The notes under the pieces are model-generated. The model saw nothing but the letters and a program-made list of their open reading frames with translations, ran no database searches and had not been told where the DNA came from. 52,577 bases of DNA, from assembly GCA_902773025.1 (NCBI GenBank), contig CACYDC010000183.1, positions 1 through 52,577 of the forward strand, in the 5' to 3' direction. This DNA is from an uncultured Ruminococcus sp. (lineage in GTDB: Bacteria > Bacillota > Clostridia > Oscillospirales > Acutalibacteraceae). The first letter of the stretch is position 1. Each line of letters starts with the position of its first letter. The translations under genes and the position numbers were made by a program. Shown here one piece after another: positions 36,392-45,288 of the stretch.

Positions 36392-39082
36392 ATGGAACAG
36401 AACTGGAAATATCTGATCTCTGTCGTAATGCCAGTGTATAACACCGAAAAATTTCTGAGGCAGTCGGTAGACAGCGTTATTTCGCAAACACTCGGTTTTG
36501 AAAAAAACATCCAGCTGATACTCGTAAACGACGGCAGTACAGATACAAGCGAAGAGATTTGTCTTGAATATAAGGATAAATATCCGGAGAATGTTGTATA
36601 TGTAAAACAGGAAAACGTCGGAGTCAGTGCGGCAAGAAATAATGGTATTGCTTATATTGAAGGTAAATATGTAAATTTTCTGGATAGTGACGACTGTTGG
36701 AATGAAGATGCATTAGAAAAGCTGTATCAGTTTTTCGAGGAAAATTATGAAAGCATAGATATAGTTGCCGCCAGAAAAAAGCTGTTTGATGGAGCAACGG
36801 GCTATCATGGACTTGATTATAAGTTTGCTAAAACCGGAGTAATAGATTTGTGTGAAAGCTATGATATAGTTCATATGGATGTTACAAGCTCACTCATCAA
36901 AAATGAGGCAATAGGAGAGATAAGATTCAGTACTAATCTCAGGTACGGTGAAGATGCATGTTTTGTACAGACGATTCTCCTGAATAAATGTGCTATCGGA
37001 GTAGTCAGAGAAGCAGAGCATCAGTACAGAATGAGAACGGATGGAACTTCAGCACTTCAGAAAGAAGGCGGTTCGGAAAGCTATTATTTTGATTCGCCGG
37101 TATATTTTCATAAATATCTGATAGAGCTGTCGAAGCAGATGTATGGAGAGGTAAAAAAATTCATACAGTATGTCATAATGTACGATATAACATGGCGTGT
37201 AAAAAAACCTGTATATAAGCTGTTGCCTGAGGATAAAGCAAGTCAATACAAGGACTTGATAGTTGGGATACTTCAGGAAATAGAAGATGTAGTGATATAC
37301 AAGCAGCGCAGTATATATATGAATATGAAGATGTATTGTTTGTCATTGAAGTACGGTCATGATGTACGTAAGGATTTAAAATACGATTCAGGAAGAATAA
37401 TGTATAAAGATTTCGTAACAATAGATCTGGCTTCAGCGAAAACACTTCTTATATGGGACTATTTTGAACTTCATGGCAATATACTTCGTCTTGAGGGAAA
37501 AGACAACTGTTGGATGAGAGGAAATGATTACAATTATTATGCTAAGGTGGGAGGAGAGATATATTATCCTTCCTATGTAGATTGTCCTAAATTTGACCTC
37601 ATAACAATGGAAGGCAGAGTAAATAAGGGAAGAGCAGTAATATATGAAATACATCTTAACCCTGATAAAGAAACAAAAATATCGTTCTTTTATCGTAAGG
37701 GTAATGATACAAAAGAAATCAGCACATCGCTTGGAAGGTTTTCGCATCTTCCAAAGGTAGAGGGCGGCTATTATGCAAGAGGGAAGTTTATTATACAGCC
37801 GGATAAAAACGGCGTGATAGTAAAGCCGTACAGTGATGAACTGAGAGATGAACTCGAAGAAAATTATCGCTCAATTCTTTTGAGTCAGGGAATGGATGAA
37901 GCAGTTGAGTGGAGAAAGCGGTATTTTTCGGAAATAGAACATAAGCATAGGGAGATATGGCTGATTTCAGACAGAGCCTATGTTGCAAATGATAACGGCG
38001 AACATTTTTTCCGCTATATGAACAAATGGCAGCATAGAAAAATGATAGATACCTATTTTAATATAAACGAGGAGAGCGCCGATTATGAGCGAATGAAAAA
38101 AATAGGTAAAGTTATCCCGTATGATACTGATGAGTATAAAATGAAGTTTTTGCTTGCGGATAAGATAATATCGTCGAGCGCGTCGGATTATCTGTTTAAT
38201 CCATTCGGAGATATGAGGAAATATCTTATAGATTTGATTAGTTTTGAATTTGTATATCTAAAGCATGGAATAATAAAGGACGATATGTCGGGATGGCTGA
38301 ATCGTTATAATAAAAATATAAGTATGATGGTGACCGCTGCAATACCTGAGTATTTGTCAATAGTAAACGGTAATTATTGTATGACAAAGGATATACCTGT
38401 AATAACAGGTTTGACGCGATACGATGAACTCTACAGAAAAAGCAAGAAAAAGCATCCGAAGAAAAAAATACTGATAGTGCCGACATGGCGTCAGAGTATA
38501 AAGGGAAGCTTCGATGCAAAGCAGAATAAGAGCGTATATTTTGATAAATTCAAAGAAACAGAGTATTTCAGATTTTATAATGACCTTATTAACAATGAGC
38601 ATTTGCTTGATGTAATGAGAGAGAACGGATATACAGGACTATTGTGTATGCATCCTATGCACAGTGAACAATGGAAGGATTTCCAGAGTAATGATGTATT
38701 CAGTGTGAATGAGGGATATGTAGATTATCAGAATGAATTTGTAAGCAGTTCAGTATTGGTAACAGATTATTCAAGCGTTGCATTTGATTTTGCATATCTT
38801 CATAAGCCGGTGGTATATACACAGTTCGATAAGGAAGAATTCTACAAGAAACACACATATAATGAGGGTTATTTTGATTATGAGCGTGACGGTTTCGGTC
38901 CCGTATGCTATGATGCAGAAACTGCAGTGGAAGAGCTTATTCAGCTGATAGAAAACGGCTGTGCTGAAAATGATAAATATCTTAAACGAATAGATGATTT
39001 TTATCCATATCATGATTCTCATTGCTGCAGACGAGTATATGATAATATAAAGGACCTGAAATATAAATACGGAGTAGTATGA
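36392..39082 (+). CDS. Bifunctional GT2 glycosyltransferase / TagF-like CDP-glycerol glycerophosphotransferase (putative teichoic-acid-like polymerase)
   Basis: N-terminal GT-A (VVMPVYN ... NDGSTD ... FLDSDD). C-terminal TagF motifs (ANDNGEHFFRY, IVPTWRQS, VTDYSSVAFDFAYL). Confidence 0.88.
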   Translation: MEQNWKYLISVVMPVYNTEKFLRQSVDSVISQTLGFEKNIQLILVNDGSTDTSEEICLEYKDKYPENVVYVKQENVGVSAARNNGIAYIEGKYVNFLDSDDCWNEDALEKLYQFFEENYESIDIVAARKKLFDGATGYHGLDYKFAKTGVIDLCESYDIVHMDVTSSLIKNEAIGEIRFSTNLRYGEDACFVQTILLNKCAIGVVREAEHQYRMRTDGTSALQKEGGSESYYFDSPVYFHKYLIELSKQMYGEVKKFIQYVIMYDITWRVKKPVYKLLPEDKASQYKDLIVGILQEIEDVVIYKQRSIYMNMKMYCLSLKYGHDVRKDLKYDSGRIMYKDFVTIDLASAKTLLIWDYFELHGNILRLEGKDNCWMRGNDYNYYAKVGGEIYYPSYVDCPKFDLITMEGRVNKGRAVIYEIHLNPDKETKISFFYRKGNDTKEISTSLGRFSHLPKVEGGYYARGKFIIQPDKNGVIVKPYSDELRDELEENYRSILLSQGMDEAVEWRKRYFSEIEHKHREIWLISDRAYVANDNGEHFFRYMNKWQHRKMIDTYFNINEESADYERMKKIGKVIPYDTDEYKMKFLLADKIISSSASDYLFNPFGDMRKYLIDLISFEFVYLKHGIIKDDMSGWLNRYNKNISMMVTAAIPEYLSIVNGNYCMTKDIPVITGLTRYDELYRKSKKKHPKKKILIVPTWRQSIKGSFDAKQNKSVYFDKFKETEYFRFYNDLINNEHLLDVMRENGYTGLLCMHPMHSEQWKDFQSNDVFSVNEGYVDYQNEFVSSSVLVTDYSSVAFDFAYLHKPVVYTQFDKEEFYKKHTYNEGYFDYERDGFGPVCYDAETAVEELIQLIENGCAENDKYLKRIDDFYPYHDSHCCRRVYDNIKDLKYKYGVV

Positions 39083-40104
39083 TGGAAAAAGAATATTTAG
39101 TTTCGGTCGTAATTCCTGTTTATAAAGTGGAAGCATGTCTTTCGCAGACAGTAGAATCTGTTTTAGCTCAGACTATCGGTTTTGAAGAGAATATCCAGAT
39201 AATATTCGTAAACGACGGCAGTCCGGATAACAGTGAAGAGATTTGTCTTGAATATCAGGACAGATATCCTGATAATATTGTGTACCTGAAAAAGCAAAAC
39301 GGTGGAGTCAGTTCTGCAAGAAATGAAGGAATACCGTATATACGCGGTAAATATACAAATTTTCTTGATAGTGATGATTTATGGGAAAAGGATGCATTCA
39401 GGCATATGATAAGATTGTTTGACGAAAACTATGAGAAGACGGATGTTGTCAGTGCGAGAAAACAATTCTTTGAAGCAAGACAGGGTTGGCATCATCTTGA
39501 TTACAGATTTGAAAAAACAAAAATAGCCGATCTCACACGGGAATTTGATTTTGTACAGCTTGATGTAACCGGAGCAATGATAAAAACAGAAGCGATCGGA
39601 GAACACAGATTTTCCGAAAAATTGCAATATGGTGAGGATGCAGCTTTTGTCAGTACAATACTGCTAGAGAAGAGAACACTCGGAGTCTGCCGTGAAGCAG
39701 TTCATATGTATCGGAAAAGAAGCGACGAAAGTTCAGCGCTGCAAAATGAAAATTCAAATCTGAGCTATTACTTTGATTCACCAAAGTATTTTCATGAATA
39801 TTTGTTTTCGCTGTCCGAGGAAAAATATGGATATGTAGAACGGTTTATACAATACACGGTAATGTATGATATATCATGGAGAGTCAGAAAGAATGTATCA
39901 TCATATCTGACAGATGAACTATATGAAAGATACAGCAAAATTATTCTTGATCTTCTGAAAAGGATAGATGATAAAGTAATATTAAAACAAAGAAATCTGT
40001 GGAAGAAGCAAAAGCTATACTGTCTTATGAAAAAGCGGGGTATGGAACGGACAGCAGGGCTTTATGCAAAGCTGAGCAAAACACGGATAATGTTCAATAA
40101 ATAG
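39079..40104 (+). CDS. GT2 glycosyltransferase, a truncated paralogue of the flanking fusion genes with no TagF domain
   Basis: Collinear with the first ~320 aa of 36392-39082 and 40213-42903, then stops. ATGA overlap upstream and a ~100-nt non-coding gap downstream. Confidence 0.7.
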   Translation: MMEKEYLVSVVIPVYKVEACLSQTVESVLAQTIGFEENIQIIFVNDGSPDNSEEICLEYQDRYPDNIVYLKKQNGGVSSARNEGIPYIRGKYTNFLDSDDLWEKDAFRHMIRLFDENYEKTDVVSARKQFFEARQGWHHLDYRFEKTKIADLTREFDFVQLDVTGAMIKTEAIGEHRFSEKLQYGEDAAFVSTILLEKRTLGVCREAVHMYRKRSDESSALQNENSNLSYYFDSPKYFHEYLFSLSEEKYGYVERFIQYTVMYDISWRVRKNVSSYLTDELYERYSKIILDLLKRIDDKVILKQRNLWKKQKLYCLMKKRGMERTAGLYAKLSKTRIMFNK

Positions 40105-40212
40105 AATGGTTTCAAAATAAGCATCGGATGATTATGAGCTGTATTGCAAAAAACAATACAGTTGTTCGGGGCAGAAAGCCTTGATAATATTTAAAAATTA
40201 CAGGTGATGTAT

Positions 40213-42903
40213 ATGAAGGATTATAAATTCAAGATCTCAGTCGTAATACCGGTATACAATGTGGAAAAATATCTTGCTGAAACACTGGATTCTGTGATAG
40301 GCCAAAGCATAGGCTTTGAAGAGAATATACAGATGATACTCGTGAATGACGGCAGTCCTGACAATAGTGAGGAGATCTGTCTGGAATATCAAAGCCGATA
40401 TCCTGACAATATTGTATATGTAAAAAAGGAAAACGGAGGAGTAAGCTCCGCAAGAAACGAAGGGCTGAAATATGTCGAAGGAAAGTACGTGAATTTTCTT
40501 GATAGTGACGATATCTGGAGAGAAAGGGCAATTGAGATTGCTCTTGACTATTTTGATAAACATTATGACGAGATAGATGTTGTAGCTGCGAGAAAAAGAT
40601 TTTTTGACGCAGATAAGAGCTTTCATAAACTTGACTATAAGTTTAAGAAAACTAAGATCGTTGATCTCAGAGATGAGTATGAATTTATCCAGATGGATGT
40701 CACGGGAGCGTTTATCAAAGCAGAGGCGATCGGAGATACACGTTTCAGTACTGACCTGAAATACGGAGAGGACGCTCAATTCATTAATACTATAATTCTT
40801 GAAAAATGCATGCTTGGAGTATGCAGAGAGGCAATGCATTGGTACCGAAAAAGATCCGATGACAGTTCAGCGCTACAGAATGAGCTAAAAAGCGAAAGCT
40901 ACTACTTCAATACTCCGAAATATCTTCACCAATATTTGATAGACTTGTCGGTAAAAAAATACGGAAAGGTCTTAAAATTCATACAGTTCATGATAATGTA
41001 TGATATATCCTGGAGATTAAAAAAGAACCCCGCAAACATTCTGGAATATCTTACGCAGGAACAGTATGAGGAGTATTGTGACATACTCAAAAACCTGATA
41101 AAACAGCTTGACGACAGAGTTATTTTCAAGCAGAAAGAGCTGTTTATGAATCAAAAAATGTTCTGCCTGTGCCTGAAGCATGGAACTGATATAAGAGAAG
41201 AACTGGAATATGATCATAGTAATCTCCTGTATAAAAACCTTATAACTATGAATCTCAATAAGGCAAAAACAAACATTATATGGTTTTTTATGGATGTCAA
41301 GGATGATGTGCTTTACCTGGAAGGAAAGGACAATTTCTGGCTTAACGAGGATCAATATGAGTTTTTTGCAAAAGTCGGAGATAAAGAATATCACCCGACA
41401 TACTATAATGCACCCGCGTTTGACAGCAGTACGGTATTCGGTTTGCTTCGCAAGGGACGAGCTGTCAGGCTTGAAATACCGCTTACAGCAGGAGAAAAAT
41501 CAATAATACAGTTTTATTTCAGATTCAAGGATAATGATCGTCTGATATATACAACTATGGGAAAATTCACGCATATACCGCCGACATGGGGCGGATATTA
41601 TGCAAAAGATGATTATCTGATAAAGCTTACGGGAAAATGCCTTGGTGTATATCCTTATTCAAAAGAGCTTCACAATAAGTTTGAAAACTTCTATTGTGAG
41701 CATCTGAAGAAAATTAATAAGGAATATCTGATAAAGTACAGAAAGCTTTATAAGGTTATGAAAAGCTTCTATAAAAATAAGAAGATATGGCTTATATCAG
41801 ACAGAACAAATAAGGCAAATGATAACGGTGAGCATATGTTCCGTTATATCAACGCTCACGGAGCTAAAAATATCGAAGCGTTTTATTGTATACGCAAGGA
41901 TTGTGCGGATTATCAGAAAATGAAACGAATAGGAAAGGTTTTGCCTTACGAAACGCCGAAATACAGACTGTATTTTCTGATTGCTGATAAGATCATATCA
42001 TCATCCGGCGGAGAATATGTGATCAATGCATTCGGCGGTGACAGAAAATATCTTTATGACCTGTATAAATTTGATTATGTATTTTTACAGCACGGAGTAA
42101 CAAAGGATGATATCTCAGGATGGATCAATCGTTTCAATAAAAATATGAGGCTGATAGTAACGGCAGGAAAGCCGGAACAGAAATCATTCTGTGAACCGAA
42201 TTATGCATATCCTCCGGAGGTACCGCTTCTTACAGGTTTCCCAAGACATGACAATCTGCTGAGATTGCAGGAATTAAAGCCTGTTGAAAAAAAGCTTCTT
42301 ATAATACCTACATGGCGAAAGAGCATAGAGGGGAGCTATAATCCTTCTACGACCGAAAGCATATATTTTGAAGGGTTTAAGGATACGGAATATTATAAAT
42401 TCTATAATTCACTTATAAACGATGAGCGTCTGTGTAAATGCATGAAGAAGCACGGATATAAGGGTGTGCTTTGTATGCATCCGATCCACAGCACTCAATG
42501 GGTTGACTTCAAACCAAACGAAGTATTCAGTATTAATCATGGAAATGTGGATTATCAGAGTGAATTTACATCTTCCGCATTACTCGTAACCGACTATTCA
42601 AGCGTATTCTTTGATTTCGGCTTTTTAAAGAAACCGGTCGTATATTGTCAGTTTGACAAGGAAGATTTTTTTGCCGGACATACTTACGATGAAGGTTATT
42701 TCAGCTATGAGGAAAATGGGTTTGGTCCGGTGTGCTATGATTTGGATGAAACCGTAAAGGCAATAATTTCAAATATAGAAAACGGATGCCGTAATTCTGA
42801 GAAATATATAAAAAGAATTGAAGATTTCTATGAATACTTTGATTCAAACAGTTGCAAACGTGTTTACGAAGGAATTCTCAAACTTAAGGATCTTAAGCCT
42901 TGA
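40213..42903 (+). CDS. Bifunctional GT2 glycosyltransferase / TagF-like CDP-glycerol glycerophosphotransferase, second full-length paralogue
   Basis: Same architecture: VVIPVYN ... NDGSPD ... FLDSDD; ANDNGEHMFRY, IIPTWRKS, VTDYSSVFFDFGFL. Confidence 0.88.
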   Translation: MKDYKFKISVVIPVYNVEKYLAETLDSVIGQSIGFEENIQMILVNDGSPDNSEEICLEYQSRYPDNIVYVKKENGGVSSARNEGLKYVEGKYVNFLDSDDIWRERAIEIALDYFDKHYDEIDVVAARKRFFDADKSFHKLDYKFKKTKIVDLRDEYEFIQMDVTGAFIKAEAIGDTRFSTDLKYGEDAQFINTIILEKCMLGVCREAMHWYRKRSDDSSALQNELKSESYYFNTPKYLHQYLIDLSVKKYGKVLKFIQFMIMYDISWRLKKNPANILEYLTQEQYEEYCDILKNLIKQLDDRVIFKQKELFMNQKMFCLCLKHGTDIREELEYDHSNLLYKNLITMNLNKAKTNIIWFFMDVKDDVLYLEGKDNFWLNEDQYEFFAKVGDKEYHPTYYNAPAFDSSTVFGLLRKGRAVRLEIPLTAGEKSIIQFYFRFKDNDRLIYTTMGKFTHIPPTWGGYYAKDDYLIKLTGKCLGVYPYSKELHNKFENFYCEHLKKINKEYLIKYRKLYKVMKSFYKNKKIWLISDRTNKANDNGEHMFRYINAHGAKNIEAFYCIRKDCADYQKMKRIGKVLPYETPKYRLYFLIADKIISSSGGEYVINAFGGDRKYLYDLYKFDYVFLQHGVTKDDISGWINRFNKNMRLIVTAGKPEQKSFCEPNYAYPPEVPLLTGFPRHDNLLRLQELKPVEKKLLIIPTWRKSIEGSYNPSTTESIYFEGFKDTEYYKFYNSLINDERLCKCMKKHGYKGVLCMHPIHSTQWVDFKPNEVFSINHGNVDYQSEFTSSALLVTDYSSVFFDFGFLKKPVVYCQFDKEDFFAGHTYDEGYFSYEENGFGPVCYDLDETVKAIISNIENGCRNSEKYIKRIEDFYEYFDSNSCKRVYEGILKLKDLKP

Positions 42904-42925
42904 GAATAATTTAGGAGATGAAGAA

Positions 42926-44719
42926 ATGAAAGAGCTTGAGTATCCTTTTGACAGTGAATATATAATAAAGAAGAGAAAATCGCTCAGACGTACGCTGCTT
43001 TCTGATGGAAGCAGCCGTCTAAAAAAAAAGATAGCGGTATTTGGCGGTTCTACAACTAATGATATAGTAGTTTATCTTGACTTGTTTTTACTCAACCATG
43101 GAATTGAAGCTGAATTTTACCAGTCTGAATACGGACAGTACTGGCAGGATGCAATGTTTCCGAGCGAGGAGCTTATAAACTTTGCGCCGGATATAGTGTA
43201 TATTCATACTACGGGAAGAAATATTCTGAATTCACCGTCAAGTTCGGATACGAGGGAACAGGTAAAAGAGCTTCTGAATAGTGAATATAGTAAATTTGAG
43301 CAGATGTGGGATAAAATCAGAGAAACCTATCATTGTCCGATAATACAGAATAATTTTGAAATGCCGTTTTATCGTCTGATGGGAAATAGGGACTGCTCAG
43401 ATTACAGAGGACGTTCAAATTTTCTTACCAGACTTAACAGTATGTTTTATGAGTATTCAGAAAAACATGAAGGCTTCTACATTAATGATATCAATTTTAT
43501 ATCCGCATCATATGGAATAAAACAATGGAGTGATCCTTCGTACTGGAATATGTACAAATATGCGATGTGTATAGAAGCAATACCGGAGTTTTCCTTTAAC
43601 CTGTCGAATATTATAAAGTCTGTATTCGGAAAGAATAAAAAGGCGCTTGCGCTTGATCTTGATAATACACTATGGGGCGGAGTTGTAGGAGATGATGGAG
43701 TTGATGGGATACAGATCGGCCAGGAAACAGGAGTTGCCCAGAGCTATTATGAATTCCAGAGTTATGTAAAGTCGTTGAAATCGATCGGAGTAATATTGAC
43801 AGTTTGTTCAAAAAACGATCATGAAAATGCAATAGCGGGTTTGAATCATCCGGAAGGTGCGCTTAAGCCTGAGGATTTTATTATCATTAAAGCAAACTGG
43901 GAAAACAAAGACAGGAATATAATAGAAACTGCGAGTGAATTGAATATCATGACAGATGCAATAGTATTTGCAGACGATAATCCTGCCGAGCGTGAAATAG
44001 TCAGGGCGCAGGTGAACGGTGTTTCAGTTCCAGTTATGGATGGAGTAGAGAATTATATAGTAAACATTGACCGGAACGGATATTTTGAAGTCACAAATTT
44101 CAGCGCAGATGATATCAAGCGCAATGAAATGTATAAGGCAAATGCACAGCGGGCAGCACAACAGGCATCATTTGCAGATTACGGAGAATATCTGAGAAGT
44201 CTTGAGATGACGGCAGTTATAGATGATTTTATTCCAGTATATCTTCAAAGGATAACACAGCTTACGAATAAGAGCAATCAGTTTAATGTAACTACAAAGA
44301 GATACACACCGACAGAAATGGAGGCAGTATATCAGAGTGACGAATATATTCGTCTATACGGAAAGCTGATCGACAAATTCGGAGATAACGGAGTAGTGTC
44401 TGTAGTTATAGGGCATAAGAACGTTGAGATATTAGACATAGACCTATGGATAATGAGCTGTAGGGTATTGAAAAGAGATATGGAGCTTGCGATGCTTGAC
44501 AAAGTAGTTGAGCGGTGTAAAGCGTGTGGAATAGGGAAAATCAGGGGATATTATTATCCTACTGCCAAAAACAAAATGGTGCGTGAATTGTACGGTACCT
44601 TCGGATTTGAAAAAATCAGTGAGGACGAAAAAGGAAATACCGTATGGGAACTTGATATCAGCGGATATGAGCCAAAGAATCATGTTATTGATGTCAGAGA
44701 GAATTCAGAAGAAAAATAA
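42926..44719 (+). CDS. FkbH-like HAD-IIIC family protein (three-part: N-terminal domain, HAD-IIIC core, C-terminal GNAT-like domain)
   Basis: HAD motif I LDLDNTLWGGVVGDDG, CSKND and FADDNPAERE, with the C-terminal MSCRVLKRDME segment typical of FkbH-like proteins. RBS AGGAGA. Confidence 0.8.
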   Translation: MKELEYPFDSEYIIKKRKSLRRTLLSDGSSRLKKKIAVFGGSTTNDIVVYLDLFLLNHGIEAEFYQSEYGQYWQDAMFPSEELINFAPDIVYIHTTGRNILNSPSSSDTREQVKELLNSEYSKFEQMWDKIRETYHCPIIQNNFEMPFYRLMGNRDCSDYRGRSNFLTRLNSMFYEYSEKHEGFYINDINFISASYGIKQWSDPSYWNMYKYAMCIEAIPEFSFNLSNIIKSVFGKNKKALALDLDNTLWGGVVGDDGVDGIQIGQETGVAQSYYEFQSYVKSLKSIGVILTVCSKNDHENAIAGLNHPEGALKPEDFIIIKANWENKDRNIIETASELNIMTDAIVFADDNPAEREIVRAQVNGVSVPVMDGVENYIVNIDRNGYFEVTNFSADDIKRNEMYKANAQRAAQQASFADYGEYLRSLEMTAVIDDFIPVYLQRITQLTNKSNQFNVTTKRYTPTEMEAVYQSDEYIRLYGKLIDKFGDNGVVSVVIGHKNVEILDIDLWIMSCRVLKRDMELAMLDKVVERCKACGIGKIRGYYYPTAKNKMVRELYGTFGFEKISEDEKGNTVWELDISGYEPKNHVIDVRENSEEK

Positions 44720-44739
44720 AAAACGAAGGAGAAAAGACA

Positions 44740-44982
44740 ATGGACACAAAAACGATTTATGCAAGATTAAACAAGGTATTCAGAGATGTATTTGACGATG
44801 AGGATATTACAGTTGGTCCAAAGACTACAGCAAATGACATTGAGGACTGGGATAGCCTTGAGCATATCACATTAATGAGTGCTGTGCAGAGAGAATTCAG
44901 GGTAAAGTTCACAATGGGAGAAATATCATCCATGAAGAATGTCGGAGAAATGGCCGATATAATTGCTAAGAGGGCAAAGTGA
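44740..44982 (+). CDS. Acyl/peptidyl carrier protein
   Basis: 80 aa with the phosphopantetheine-attachment motif DWDSLEHITL. Confidence 0.8.
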   Translation: MDTKTIYARLNKVFRDVFDDEDITVGPKTTANDIEDWDSLEHITLMSAVQREFRVKFTMGEISSMKNVGEMADIIAKRAK

Positions 44983-45128
44983 TAAGATCTTTTGCTGAGT
45001 GAGTAATATCTTTGTTATGCAAAAAATCTTCGGAAATAAGTCTGTTATGCTGTTTTATAGTGAGCTAAGCGTTTTTTATATGCGAACGCTTATGCTCGGG
45101 CAACGGGCCGGTTTTTTGTTTTTCTGCT

Positions 45129-45172
45129 GTATCTCTATCCCGGTAGGGATAGAGATACTTCTTTGTATTTTT
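45129..45172 (+). terminator. Strong intrinsic terminator closing the glycopolymer operon
   Basis: Perfect 13-bp stem GTATCTCTATCCC / GGGATAGAGATAC, loop GGTA, then TTCTTTGTATTTTT. Confidence 0.85.
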
Positions 45173-45288
45173 CAGCTTAGACAATGTTATGAAAATATTG
45201 CTGCGCTCTGAGCACAAGCCCGGTTCCATAGCATTTACTTTTTGTGCGTGTTATGGTATTATATAATGGAAGAAAATGAAAAGGAAGT

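Noticed and set aside
44999-45211. 70-aa ORF in the ACP-aroA spacer
   Set aside because: It spans the strong terminator hairpin at 45129-45172, lacks an RBS and has a hydrophobic, low-information sequence.
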